From Takakia lepidozioides (taxonomy: Eukaryota > Plantae > Bryophyta), in NCBI GenBank assembly GCA_030704615.1, contig CM060731.1, positions 85,932,001-85,996,000 on the forward strand: a stretch of DNA of 64,000 bases, given 5' to 3'. Made by a program: the position numbers and the translations under genes. Below are positions 1 through 12,990 of the stretch, piece after piece. The notes beneath the pieces are model-generated. The model made no database searches. It was given only the letters and a program-made list of their open reading frames with translations, and had not been told where the DNA came from. Position 1 is the stretch's first letter. Each line of letters opens with the position of its first letter.

Positions 1-233
1 CACCGTGCCTTTCACGTGCGCTAGTGTGGTCTGGGGGGGGGCATCGTCCACATTTGGGCAAGGCAGTGTAACACTTGGAAGCATGATCTCGTGGACTTTC
101 ACCTTGTACCACCCGGATGGAATGTCCTTGCAGTGGAACTTGTCAACCCCGGCTATTCCCACCACTTCCGCCTTGGCGGCGGCTGTCTTTGACCGCTTGT
201 CATGGGGGTTCAGGAGAAACACAGATCTGATAT
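1..233 (-). CDS. CACTA TnpA-like C-terminal exon (Transposase_23/Tnp1-like domain), runs off the left edge
   Basis: After the AG acceptor at 234-235, hand translation gives IRSVFLLNPHDKRSKTAAAKAEVVGIAGVDKFHCKDIPSGWYKVKVHEIMLPSVTLPCPNVDDAPPQTTLAHVKGTV. The FH..IP.G.YKV.V...LP.P..D....TL pattern is typical of En/Spm TnpA C-termini. Not in the ORF track. Confidence 0.7.
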
Positions 234-1009
234 CTGCAGACACCAACATCAGGGTCCACTCAGCAACAAACATAGCAATGACAGGGTGAAAGTCAAGCGC
301 AGCTGGGCATGGAAACGATCTTGGTTGCCACAATACTGAATCAGCAGCAAATTCATGGTGTACCAACCTACCTTGAAGCGAAGCTCGTCGCTGAGGGTGG
401 CAACTGAGGAAAGCTGCCCACGTGTCTTCAACTGCAGCAGCAAAAAGAGGTTTAGTCAGACGGATAAGAATAACATGAACTCTGGTGGTTGCAATGGTAT
501 AAACACACCTCCACGGAGCAAGCTAACTTACACCCTGCTCAGACCGTGCACACTACAACCTCCTGGCAAAAATAACCCTACTAAAAACCAGCCAGGCAAA
601 GCAAGGAGCCATGAATGCATGCCTGGGGAACCACGTCCTGCTGCGATGATGGTGCCGGGGACAGCCCACTCCTCTTGCTCACCTGCAATGAATACACATT
701 GCAACGCTTCAGGAAGTGTATCCATAAAGGAAACCAACCAAGTAAGTTTGCGGAGAGGGGCTGGGAACAACCATACCTTGGAGCCTGCCTCCTCATGCCG
801 GGGGGGAAATCCGGAATGCTGCCGCCGTAGCACTATGGTCCTTGGCGCAGGACCCACCTTCTTCACAGACGACCCCACTGCCACTCCCTGTACATGTGGT
901 CCCTGCAAAACATATAGTGCCAGCCTTGCGTGAGAGGGCATCCGGGGGGAACAAAACAAACATATCTTATCCATCGATGTCATGTTGCAAACAGTAAGGT
1001 TAGTTTCAC

Positions 1010-2151
1010 CTGCATGGGCGCAGAAGTACTTCCCCAACGACCCCATCCTCTCCCACATTCAAGCTGCCAGTCGGGGTCAGCTTCCGCGTGCTTGTGAAGA
1101 CACGCACATCCTTGGAGCAAAACAAATCTTGGCAGTAGGGCCAGACTGTTTCTAAAAGGTACTCTGAATCGGGCCCCTCACTGACATTGCTAGTGACATC
1201 AAACGACAATGGATGGACCATGTTCAAAGGGGAGTTCCCCCTCCCCTTGTGTGGTGAATCATCCACTAGGAGGGTGTTGGATTCGTTAAATCCAGAAAAT
1301 TCCGACCACACCCTCGACAGTCTCTTCTGTAAGTTCTGTACGGCAGGCCCTTTTGTGGGGTGTGGCTCTGTCAAGGGGTCACACTCCTCTTGTGACCACA
1401 CAAAGAGGGGAGAACCCTTGACCCCCTGCATCACCACTTTGAAGATGTCTGCAACATTCCCCTTGGAAGCACAGGACCATATCCCAACGTAGAAATGCCG
1501 GAAGAGAAGGTTTAAAAACTCGCAGACCTGGGGCCTTGGGAAAACATACTTGTTGGTGGTCAACACCCATGGCCAATGACGCCTCGGGTTGGGCTGAAAG
1601 TTAGGAATAGAGTGGCACAGGATCCCGTTCAGGTCTAGAACAATTAGTTTCGACTTTTCTATGAAAGGAGCTTTTGAAGGGGTGTCACGGGGTCTCACCT
1701 CAGTGGGTTGGGAGACAACAGTCACCCCGGAGGGCAAAGTTTTGGTCCCCCTGCAGCCTGGACCAGGCAAACTACCACCCTCTCCCCCTACAGCTTCCCC
1801 TTTTCCCTTGATAGAATGAGCAATGACCCCCCCATCGTCCATGTCATCCCCACCAACTCGCTGGACCTCTCCCTCTTCAACGAGTGGACCCTGCCCCCCA
1901 CTGTGAATATCATCAACAACAGGCTGGACCTCTGTCACATCCCTACCCACTACAATTACTTCCTCCTTCTCAGGTACAATGGTCGCAGCAGGGGGGTCTT
2001 CCATAATGCCACCCGTCACACCCCCTTTTTGCCTCATCATGAGTTCCACTATCTTCTTCAGTTGTGCTTCCATTCCCCTCTCCCGCTCCGCAGAGAGAGC
2101 CGCAAGCCTCTCCAGGGCCCCGATGCGGGCTGCCATTGAGTTCCCCGCTCC
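1010..2151 (-). CDS. Exon encoding a coiled coil, a linker and an FCP1/NIF-type HAD phosphatase domain, within the TnpA-like gene
   Basis: ORF 1006..2136 contains KLIVLDLNGILC (motif I, DxN variant), RPQVCEFL, VGIWSCA, LFVWSQEEC and NTLLVDDSPHK. The acceptor cgtag|GGA at 2152-2153 is in frame with the ORF. Confidence 0.85.
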
Positions 2152-2342
2152 CTACGCATACAAACACCCACCCGTACTGTTAAAAACCAGAAGAAGAGGC
2201 CGAATGTGCAGGATTTCAGGCATTCGGAGATGGCTGGGTTTGGCATAACACCCCTCGTGTACCATGCGTGGGGGCCCCACATACCCACCAAATCTTAGTA
2301 CAACAACAGATTCATGAATGGAAACCGGACTTCAAAACATAC

Positions 2343-3426
2343 CTGGCTCAAAACAGACTCTGATGGGGTGCCAGTCGCATAGTTCTTTTGCTCCGCCCCG
2401 AGCTCGGACAGTGACGGGCTCCGCGCTTTGCGTCTTTTCTGTATTTGCCCATCCACACACTGTCAGTACAAAATGCCAGGAGCATATGGACAAAGCACTG
2501 CCCTGCATATCACATAACAACTAATTCTGCACAAGCAATAAAACCCACTCGTGGGTGTCTCTTCCATCAGAACATGCCACAACGTAGGAGCAATGAGAAG
2601 GGGGTGAGGAGATTACCAAACGGGCTGCTTGGCCTGCAACTCCTGCCCGGCCCCAACGCGAGGGGTTCGTGACACAAGCACGCGCTTGCTTCATCCCTTC
2701 AGCCTTTGCAAGTCCACGAGGGGACTCCCAGTAGGCAACAAGCTTATCCCAATAGGCGGGTTCAGTGTTCATTGGCCTCACACCAGTCTTTGCCCATTTA
2801 TCTTTCAGTTTTGCTCTTTCTCCTTTCATTATCTTCCCACATTGCTTCACTATAAAATCACGATTGGCAGGGATAGGTCTGTACTCGTACATTCCATTTA
2901 TGCCCTCTATTACTGTTGACATGGCACTCTGGGACTGCTGGTCAATGTCTTGTACGCTTGAGTCAAGGTAACGCAATGCCAGGCCACGCAAATCACGCTG
3001 CCAGTGTTCCTTACCTTCGCAGCCAACATTGATGACTCCATTTCCATGCACCTCCACCTTGTGGCGCTTTAGCCCTGCAGCCACCCTTCCCTCTCCATCT
3101 CCTTCCCATTGTTTCATGGCATGGCGTCGTTCCTTCCTCAGCTCTGATGTCCGTTTCCTGCCCCCATGCTCTGGAGCAGCGCCGTCATACGTTGTGGGGG
3201 GTGACTGATGTGTGCCGGAGGGGGGAGGGCCGTATGGAGATGTGGGAGGCCCCCATTGTGACGTGCCAGCATCAGGAAGCCAGCGCCACGACCCCGAAGC
3301 AGGGGGGGCTCCCCATGGTGCACTCTGTTGTGGAGACCATGCGGCAGGGGGTGGGTGCCAAGGTTGGTGTTGGTTGGCATTGTGTGGTGGCTGTGAGTGC
3401 TTTGCTGCAGCTTCACTCCCCTTCCG
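2343..3426 (-). CDS. CACTA TnpA-like exons (Transposase_24/Ptta-like domain at 2617-3426, plus a 96-nt exon at 2343-2438)
   Basis: ERAKLKDKW...P....AYWDKLVAYWESP...KAEGMKQARACVTNPSRWGRAG matches the Ptta/En-Spm pattern. GT/AG sites at 2615-16, 2439-40 and 2341-42 are all phase 0. Confidence 0.75.
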
Positions 3427-3895
3427 CTGCCAAAAACATCCCACACACAAGGTGCATCAGCTGTAGTCCTACTGAACACAACGTCACCAGAGCACAAACG
3501 ATCCCACAACCACAACTATGGATTGGCTGACCTCAAACCCACTCCCCTGCAGCGCAAGTGCCAAAAACTGAAAAGGAGAGGGACAGAATGTCCTCATAAC
3601 ATGTAAGGCCATTCATTGGTGAAGAAACATAATGTGGGCGGGTTCACATCAGTACCATCATACACACTTACCAGGAAACAGAACATCCATCTGGGTTTTG
3701 CACATAGGGAGTGGACATCTATTCACACAATCAGCAAATGGCTGTATGGCGGAGCCCAGCATCGGAGCCCCAAAAGGCCTAAAGACTCTCAATGTTTGTA
3801 AACACAGGTGCAGACACAATTCAATTGATAGCTTGGATATCCGGTGGTCTGTATGGTGATAGCACCCCGGGCAGTGAGTCAGACAATGACCCTAT

Positions 3896-5070
3896 GACGT
3901 TGGTAGTAAGACTTACCTTCGTATAAAGCATTGATCCGGGTTTTCCAGATATCCTCTAGAAATCCCTTCACACAAGCATCAATCTGCTGTGTGTGATTTG
4001 CCCAAAAACTAGGCCTCAGGAGGGCCTGGGCTTTTGGCTCAGCCTCGAGTCTTTCAAAGTTGGTAAACAGGGGTACAGGCACAATTCCCTTGATAGAATT
4101 GAAGAGAGCGTCTCTTTGGTGAGAGAACCCCGGACAGCGTATCAGAAAATGAATACTGTCTTCAGATTGCCCACACAACGGACAATTGCACTCTCCCTTT
4201 CCGATCTGCTTCTGTTTGCTGTTCAAAGGTAGGCTTCCTGCCCTGAGTTTAAATTTCAGTCTAGTGCCGAGAGTGGGTGGACCCTTCAGGTCATCCAAGA
4301 TGTCCACCCCCATGTCACTGACTGGAAACAAGTTCAGGGAAGTTCTCTGCCTAACTTCATTTTCATCAGACAATCTCATGGCAACAGACATGGCTTCAGA
4401 CACTACAGCCTGTAAGGCAGATTTATCCAGCAGGGTCAAGACTTGCGGATCCAGGTCCAGGTCCAGGTCCTTGAGAATCTTTTCTACTCTCTTCTGCCAG
4501 GACTTAGTCTGTTTGACAGGGCGGTCCTGTTTCCAAGATTTAGAGTCGATCAACTTAGGATATCTGGTGTTGGGCATATGTTGCAGCTGACCCCACCATC
4601 TGACCTTGAATTCATCTCGTCGGGAGCTTAAGGATGGGATGCCAAACTCACCCCCGAACAGCCACATTGGCTGTTTTCTCCATGCTGACATACACTCCTT
4701 AAGCACCCCCACTTGAATGGATTCTAGAGACTTAGCCTGGTTGGAGTTATCAACCCATATAGCAGATCCGTACTCCAAGGCAGGTCTAATAACGCGACAA
4801 AGCATGGTTTTCTTAACCTCAGAGATGACCCCTCTGCAGTGGAAAAATTTAGTGAGCCCCAGAGCTTTGCCCTTGCCAGTTTGAACAACTTTCCGTATAT
4901 GTGCATCCCAATTACAATTGGAGGAAAACTCAACGCCTAGGTAAGTGTAGGAAGGGAGGACCGAGATCTCTTGGCTACCCCACTGCCACTTAAGATCACT
5001 TCCTCCCTCTCCTCTGTCGTTGATTGCTACCACTGCACATTTCTGCCTAACTTCATTTTCTGCCCAATCA
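3896..5070 (-). mobile_element. LINE family A, ORF2 3' part (RT thumb plus C-terminal zinc knuckle), truncated
   Basis: KCAVVAIN, YTYLGVEF, IRPALEYGSAIW, KFKLRAGSLPLN, CPLCGQSEDSIHFLIRC. Confidence 0.9.
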
Positions 5071-5072
5071 CA

Positions 5073-6165
5073 TCTCCTCTACGCTGATGATGTTGCCCTT
5101 TTGGCACAATCCCCGGTCTTTCTGCAACGCCATCTCTAAATTTTGGAACAGTTCTGCAAAGACTATGGGATGCAAGTCAATCTTAGCAAGACCAAGATCA
5201 TGGTCTTCAATGGCCAGGCTGATCGTAGATTCATCTTCAACCAGCAGGAAATTGAGATTGTCAAATCATACCGGTACCTAGGTCTGGTTATCCACTCCCC
5301 CAAGTTTCACTTTGCAGCCACTGCCTTGGACAGATTGACTAAAGGTAAGGCGGCCTCCGTCCGCCTTCACGCCAAATGCAAGCAAATACATGTGCGGCAT
5401 CCCCCGACCAAAAAGTGTCTGTTTGACACCGTCATCAGCCCTGCTACCATCTATGGTTGTGAGTTCTGGGCACCTGGTGTCCCTGTCTCCTGGTGGGAAA
5501 AGATTTTGGAACCATTACAGTCATCTTTTCTCCAAGCAATGCTTGGCGCCAGGAGCACAACTCCCTCTCAGATCCTAGGTGCAGAGTTTGCATGTGTACC
5601 ATTGCAATCCGAGGCACAGTTCAGGCTTACAATCTGTGAGGAATAGATTGCAGGCCCTTCCACCCAAAGGCCTCACAACATCTATGAGGCTCAAAGCTGC
5701 AGGTTTTGGGAACTCCTGGTATGCTCGAGTGGACAGTTTATTTCAACGTAACGGACTTTCTACTACTTTCCTATTACCAATGAACCCAGATGAGGTGGAC
5801 ATCACATCCACACATGACCGCAACAGACTCATTCGGAGAGAGCTTATGGAATTACATGTGAAGAGAACTTGGATGCTACCCAATCTCACAACAAAGTTCC
5901 ACTTCTATCGAGAGACATTCTTGGTGCTCCGCGATGATAGAATCTTGAGACCAAATTACCTTTCAGCACCCTTAGCTCCTTCCCTCCTGAGGGCATTGGG
6001 GCAGTTCAGGGTGGGTTCCCACAACCTACGGATAGAGACTGGCAGATGGGAAAACCTGCAACGGGAGGACCGCCTATGTCCAGCTTGCATAGGGCGCAGC
6101 AAGGAAATTGAAACTGAAGAACACTTCTTCTTCTACTGCCCTCTATACTACGAGATCCGATTGAA
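5073..6165 (+). mobile_element. LINE family B, ORF2 3' fragment (degenerate), head-to-head with family A
   Basis: LLYADDVALL at 5073, VNLSKTKIMVF, YRYLG, YGCEFW, FRVGSHNLRIETGRW...RLCPAC...ETEEHFFFYCPLY. Contains stops and a frameshift. Confidence 0.9.
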
Positions 6166-7479
6166 CAACTTTATGGATATGTGCATCCCAGTTTCAGTTT
6201 CAGGAGAACTCAACGCCCATAGAACATGAACAGAAGTAGGGGTAGAACTCACCTCATGCGCAGCGGGTTTGTGCTGTTTGCGCACCTTTTGGAGAGACTC
6301 TGCAGATGGAGGTGCAATTTCCGCCGAACTGTCCTCCACCTCATCGTCGTCGCCCATGCTATAGTTGCTTGTGTCAGAATCCAAACTGGAAGACTGCCCA
6401 CTGCTCTGCCTTCCCTCTCGCACCGACACCATCTGTACCAGATTCAGTCGAGCCAGGCGGGGGCTCCTTCGCACCGCGGGGCTGGAATGTGCACAAGTGG
6501 GAGGAGGTGATGCTGCCTCGGCGGTTGACCGCTTCTTACTAGGCGTGGACATAGACCATGACAAAGATGAAGACGAGCGAGGACATAGACCATGAGCAAG
6601 ACAAAGACGAGCGAGGAAGACCAAGACATGCAAAGGAGGAAAGAAGGACAAGGAGGGGAGTGTGATCACACACCCCCCGAGCTCAAGGTGAAGATCCGGC
6701 CGTTGTTGATTTCAAATATGAACACGTGTCGTGCATCCGACACTATGGCCTTTTCGACTTTGAGACGTTAAACCCTAAACCACTTATAGTCCTCCAGACA
6801 ACTAGATGTAGTGATTCACACAACTGACATTTGGTTGGCCTGTTATGCAGGCTTGTTCTGTAATCTCCTGTGGACATCATACAGTTTCTTTGTTTCTTTC
6901 ATTTTTTGTAATGCTTGAACAGTTCATATCCTCAATGTCTTATTGCAGTCCAGGCTTCAAGCAAATGAGAGGTAGTCCTGGTAGGATGGTCAATGTCCTT
7001 AAAAGCGGCCTTGTCTATTATCCATCCAAAAACTAAAGGTCTCATCTATCATGGTTAATATATGCTTGGATAAGAAAATGACTCGGTATGTCTTCTTTTT
7101 CACAATCACGGGGAGGGTTACCTCGACTCACTAGCTGATCTCTTAGCACAATTGACACCAAGCCCTTGACACGGTTTCCATGTGCATGTCAGCATGCTCC
7201 AAAACAGCCAATATGGCTGTTCGAGGCGAGTTTGGCATTCGTTCCTAAAGCTCCCGACGACATAAATTCAAGGTCAGATGGTGGGGCCAGTTGCAACAAT
7301 GAACCAATATTAGCCTTGAGTAGTTCTCTGACTCTTTGTGGGCCCTTCTATGGTTATTTGTTTGTTGTTCTACTCCTTGTGGCCCTTTAGGAATCCCACA
7401 GACGTGATACACATATCTCTTTCCTCACTTTCGGTCCTTCACTGACTACCAGAAATGTCACACCGTATGTCTGCATCTG

Positions 7480-8070
7480 AAACTTTTCACCTTTGAGACA
7501 ACATTCTGCAGCACGCTCTGCTAGCTTCACATTGCCATGTATTCTGCAGGCACCAAGTAAAGCCCCACACTAAAGCATCTGGTTTAATTGGCATTCTGTT
7601 GATGAAATTCTCCGCCTCATCCAAGCGCCCTGCATGGCCAAGAAGGTCAACCATGCAGCCAAAATGTTTTCCTGTTGGAATGATTCTATTATCACACACA
7701 GCAGATTGATGCTTGTGTGAAGGGTTTTCTAGAGGATATCTGGAAAACCCGGATTAATTCCTTATATGATGGTAAGTCTTACTACCACCGTCAGCCCCTG
7801 ACGGAGGTAGGTTCTGTTCCTTTTGTTCCCGCTCAAACTGGGCGCAGGGTCAATGGCCACAAGGCTACGGCATACAACGTCTTATGAGTACAATCTATAA
7901 TCTCTACTCATAGAATGGAAATAGTGTTGTCCTTCATCTACTAGGCCCATATGGCTGCATGCAGACAGAACTGCAATGAGTGTAACATCATTTGGCTTCA
8001 CCCCTTGCTGTTTCAAAACTTGGTTGAAAAGTTGCAGAGCATCTTTGCCATGCCCTTGCTGAGAATATCC
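7480..8070 (-). pseudogene. PLS-class PPR pseudogene fragment (P2-L2-S2-E region), interrupted by a LINE
   Basis: GYSQQGHGKDALQLF..GVKPNDVTLIAVLSACSHMGLVDEGQHYFHSM and HFGCMVDLLGHAGRLDEAENFINRMPIKPDALVWG. Frameshifted; no DYW domain seen. Confidence 0.9.
7693..7893 (+). mobile_element. 5'-truncated LINE family A insertion with an ~8-bp TSD
   Basis: Near-identical to the reverse complement of 3896-3995 (cagattgatgcttgtgtgaagg...). Flanked by TCTATTAT (7685-7692) and TCTATAAT (7894-7901). Removing it restores the PPR sequence DYRIIPTG. Confidence 0.85.
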
Positions 8071-8647
8071 GAAGACCTGCTTGCCCTCTTCTACAGGTGG
8101 GCACAAGGAGTGTCGTTGAGGCTGAAAAGGGGAAATTTGACCAGGTCATATCCGTTTGTGTTACTTCGAAGGTGTGGGCCAGCCTGCCCGAAGGTCAAAA
8201 CAGGTGCATGCTGACATATGAAAGTATGGCGCCGTGGAGATTGTTGGCTGTGAGGTGGGGATGGGGTTATCATCTTTCCTGGTAAATGAAGATATGATTG
8301 ACATATCTCCTCTCCCATAAACTGTCACATTTCCTATAGGAAGTTCTTGTGACGCCCTTGACATGCTGTTGATGTGAATGAAAGCAGGCTGCAGTAGCAA
8401 CAATGGAGAATTCAGGGTGTTTGGATTGGGGCAGAGCATACCATGGAAGAGAACAAGGGGCCCAATAGTTCGTGCAGTTGGGGGAGTTGATGTATGTACT
8501 TCCCCACACGGCCTTTGCCTCTCTTCACCATCTGTACCGAAGGTGCATAGATGGAACAAATCTCCAGTCTTTTGGTGTGCTCTTGTAATTCTGATATGCC
8601 CATAGACCCACTTCTCTCTTCTGTCTGTCTTGAGTTCCCCAACAAAA

Positions 8648-11271
8648 ATGAGTTCCCCTCGCCCATGTGGAGGACTTCCAATTAATCACCCCTGTAGACA
8701 GAACAACCGGGATGACAGGTTGTGGGAAAGAGAAGTGGCACGTGCCCGAGCCCTTGGGCTTTCAAGGATGCCATGCCCATGTGAACGTTGTTTGGGCACT
8801 ACAAGTAGATCTGAGGACGGTGTGCGCACACATCTCCTTCACCACAAAAGACATGAAGCATTTCGGGTGTGGATTGGAGATGGACCTGCAGACGAAGACG
8901 ATGAGGAGTGGGCACAATTGGACAATGCACACCCCCGAGGGAGCCATACAGACAGGCCAGACGAGGACTATGTCATGGGCGCAGGACAGGAACCAGGCAT
9001 GGACGGAGGGGTGGAGATTACTCGAATGTTGCAGGAAGCATTCCACATCATGGACAATGCTGAAGAGGGGGACGGCGCTGCGACAACTGGGGATGGTGAT
9101 GACGCAGGAAATGAAGGCATTCACGTGGGGGAAGGCGTGGAAGGAGGTGGAGATGGAAATGAGAATTCTGCACACATGACACTAGAAGAAGCATGTGTGC
9201 CACTGTACGAGGGATGCAAATCCACAAAGCTTGCTGCCAGCATGCTGTTGATGAACCTGTGCACAACCCACGGTGTGTCAGACCATTTTGTGGACGAGTT
9301 GTTCTCTTTGCTTCGGCTGAACTTGCTTCCACAACCAAATCAAATGCCAAAAAGCTGTCACATGGCCAACAAAATGATTGGGAAGCTCGGCCTCAACTAC
9401 GTGAAAATACATGCATGTCCAAAAGGACATGTACTTTTCAGAAGAGAGTACAAGGACGCTATGGAGTGCCCCAAATGCGGTGCAGCCCGATACCATGATG
9501 TGGGCAGGTTACAACAGCCAGTCAAGGTGTTGAGGCACTTTCCCCTTATCCCCCGTCTATTACGAATGTACAAATGCAAGACCATTAGTGAGCTCATGAC
9601 TTGGCATTCCAGGAATGCCTCAAACGATGGTTTGGTAAGGCATGTCCCAGATTCCCTTGCATGGAAGCATATAGATGCAACTTGGCCCGATTTCGCCGAG
9701 GACCCACGCAATGTGCGATTGGCTGTATCTACGGATGGAGTAAACCCATACGGATCAAAGAGTTGCACATGGTCCACATGGCCCGTGCAGTTGGTGGCAT
9801 ACAACCTGCCACCATGGTTGACAACAAAGAAATTCTTTGTCATGTTGTCTCTCTTGATTCCAGGCAAGGAGTCCGTGACAAATGCAAACATAGATGTGTA
9901 TTTGCAACCATTGATTGAAGAGCTACAGGAACTATGGATTGGAGTTGAAGCTTACGACATTTTGAAACCAGTAGGGCAACGGAGTTTCACCCTCCGTGCC
10001 ATACTCATGTGGTCAATCCACGATTTCCCCGCATATGGCCTTGTTGCGGGTTGCAAGACGAAGGGCTACAAAGGGTGCCCCATTTGTGGGCCCTATGTGG
10101 ATTCACGGCACTCAAAGCCATTAGGGAAGACAATATACATGGGGCATCGACGTTACCTTGCAAGAAACCACCCCTACCGACGAGCAGGCCGGCACTTCAA
10201 TGGATGTGTTGAAAAGAGAATGGCACCAAATGCTGTGACACCGGAGGAGACATTGCAATTTGCAAAGGAGAAAGAGGCGTTCATGGAGATTGGAGGGAGA
10301 GAAGGAAGTAGTGCGGATCCAGCCATGTCGCACGGGGTGAAGCGCCGGACAATCCTTTGGGATTTGCCATACTGGAAGGTGCATGAATCCCCCCCCCCCC
10401 CATTCACTCACTTTCTTTCACATTGTGCTTCCTGGAATTACCTTTACTGTCAGGAGTCCTTCCACCAACTCCTAAGTCAGTGTAACTACTATGCAGTAGA
10501 TGTTGAAGTCGTACACCTCACTGTATAGAGGATCGTGCAGTTGTTGAAAGCAGAATGTAGTAACATGGACAACTTCTGCCACATATTCTACTATTTTTGC
10601 CCATAGAACTTGGTCTCATGGGAGGACATTTGGCATTTCAGAACCTCTTGCAGCGGTACCTCCTGGACCCCATGCATTGTGAGAAGAACTTCTGCGAGAA
10701 CATTCTGAAGACTATCTTTGGGGAGAAGGATACGATAAACGTACGAAAGGACATGGAGATTGAAGGGATACGGTCACATCTGTGGCTAAGGCCTGATCCA
10801 AATAGACCAGGCAAAGTGCTCATGCCAGCAGCATCATACGTCCTGACCAAATCAGAGCAAGAGGAATTTTTGAAGACATTGGGAGCCATGAAAGTGCCAA
10901 CCGGATTCTCGGGTGCTTTCCAAAAGCATGCCATAAACAAGAAATGGTCGGGGATGAATTCACATGATCTACACGTGATGATGCAGCAGATTTTGCCAGT
11001 GTGCATTCGGGGAACGATGGCGTCGGGTCCTCGAACAACCATAATGCGTGTAAGTCGAGTGTTTAGGAAGATTTGTGCGAAGGTGTGGGATCCGAGGGAC
11101 ATTACATCACTGCATGAGGATGTGGCTGTGACCCTATGTTTGCTAGAGAAAGAATTCCCTCCATCATTCTTTGACGTCATGACGCACTTGCTAGTGCATC
11201 TTGTAGAGGAGCTGCATGTGTGTGGGCCCGTAGCCAGCCGTTGGATGTACCCCATGGAGAGGTACATGAAG
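8648..11271 (+). CDS. CACTA/EnSpm TnpD transposase copy 1, N-terminal two exons (8648-10378; 10642-~11271), broken after ERYMK
   Basis: CPCERC, KIHACP..CPKC, LRHFPLIPRL, DSLAWKHID, NVRLAVSTDGVNP, STWPV..YNLPPW, HDFPAYG, YMGHRRYL, LPYWK|GT...AG|NLL..LDPMHCEKN, PPSFFDVMTHL..HL, WMYPMER. Confidence 0.95.
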
Positions 11272-11757
11272 TTTCAGTCACTTTGCAAAGTCCTCCCTCG
11301 TTTGGGATCCAGGCTCTCCCAAGTTGCGGAGGACAGCAAACTATAGCGTAGGAATTCGGAGCCATTGAACACCGCACGAAGTTGGCAAGTGCGAGGTTCA
11401 GTATAGCGACAGACCAAGGCTCACAGGCACCATGTAAGTGGATATGCGGAGTCCATCGACGATTGGATGTCGCACATTGAAGTGGAAAGTATTGTTTCAA
11501 GCTACATGCATGAAGGTGAGAGGTGTGATTCCATATCCAGTAAGTATGACAATGATGGCCGATTCGGCGACGAAATAACATCTCTTGACAGTTTCTCCTG
11601 AGGGTGGATCCAGCAGTATTCTCGGTGCAGACATGAATGTTCGCACTCACAAGTGCCAGGACTGTTAGTTAAAACGGTTAGACAACCAAGTTGTGCTCAT
11701 TAAGACAGGCCGCAATTGTGTTGTTTCGGAACAATGCAACCAATTGAGGTTCCGCAT

Positions 11758-12990
11758 GCGGAAATGAGGTTTAGCATTTCCGTCCGGAGTGATACTTTCG
11801 ATTGCTGTTGGACGGAAATACGGCGCCGCATTTCCGTTTTGCATCTTAGTCATGCACCAGTGCGACGGAAAACCGACACCGAGTTTCCGTCCGGGGGAAA
11901 CCTTTATACTCTCCAGAACGGAGATGCGGTGCCGCATTTCCATCCAACAAGTACAGTATGTGACAGTGGAACGGAAATGCGGTACCGCTTTTCCGTTCTG
12001 CTTGAAAATCATGAACCACTGGAACTGAAATGCGGCACAACATTTCCGTCCGAGTCGCACTTTCCGACATTCCAGAACGGAAATGCGGCGCCGCATTTGC
12101 GTTTTGTATCTGAGGCATGGAGCTGAGGGACGGAAATGCGGCACCGCATTTCCGTCCGAGTCGCACCTTCCGACATTCCAGAACGGAAATGCGGCACCGC
12201 ATTTTCGTTCTGACTGAAAATCGTGAACCATCGGAACTGAAATGCGGCACCGCATTTCCATCCGAGTCGCACCTTCCGACATTCCAGAACGGAAATGCGG
12301 CACCGCATTTCCGTTCTGACTGAAAATCGTGAAACATCGGAACTGAAATGCGGTACCGCATTTCCGTCGGAGTCGCACCTTCCGACATTCCAGAACGGAA
12401 ATGCGGTGCCGCATTTCCGTTTTGTATGTGAGGCATGGAGCTGTGGGACGGAAATGCGGCACCGTATTTCCGTCCGGGTGAGACCTTCATACTCTCCAGA
12501 ACGGAAATGCGGCACGACATTTCCGTTCAACAACTAAGGTATGTGAACGTGGAACAGAAATGCGGTACCGCATTTCCGTTTTGATTGAAAATCATGAACC
12601 ACGGGAACTGAAATGCGGCACCGCATTTCCGTCCGAGTCGCATCTTCCGACATTCCAGAATGGAAATGCGGGGCCGCATTTCCCTTTTGTATCTCAAGCA
12701 TGGAGCTGTGGGACAGAAATGCGGTGCCGCAATTCCGTCCGTGTGAGACCTTCATACTCTCTAGAACGGAAATGCGGCACCACGTTTTCGTTCAACAACT
12801 AAGGTATGTGAAGGTGGAACGGAAATGCGGTGCCGCATTTTCGTCCAACAAGTACGGTATGTATAGCTTCGGGATGGTACTTAACGGAAATGCGGCGCCG
12901 CATTTGCTTTTTCACTCTAACTCATCAGACGCTAGGACGGAAATGCCATGATATGTGAACACGTGGACCAACGGAATTGCGGCACATGTC
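11758..12990. repeat. Palindrome array 1: ~21 copies of the 26-bp hairpin ACGGAAATGCGG-YR-CCGCATTTCCGT at a 53-bp period with 27-bp spacers, plus degenerate copies
   Basis: Starts at 11812, 11865, 11918, 11971 ... 12501 ... 12819 (steps of 53). A few spacer types recur, giving a higher-order repeat. Confidence 0.95.

Noticed and set aside
6170-6670. Ser-rich minus-strand ORF as LINE ORF1 or a host gene
   Set aside because: Low complexity and no diagnostic motif.
6769-6782. Telomeric repeat or telo-box (AAACCCTAAA; similar near 50336 and 61101)
   Set aside because: Single units with no array and no assignable promoter.
11665-12951. Overlapping ORFs on both strands (repeating EMRCRISV / GNAVPHF)
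   Set aside because: These are translation artefacts of the palindromic array; the same applies to ORFs over 21572-22754 and 30958-31990.
11758-12990. CRISPR array (26-bp palindromic repeat plus constant-length 27-bp spacers)
   Set aside because: Spacers recur several times in a higher-order pattern, there are no cas genes, and the context is intron-rich plant DNA.
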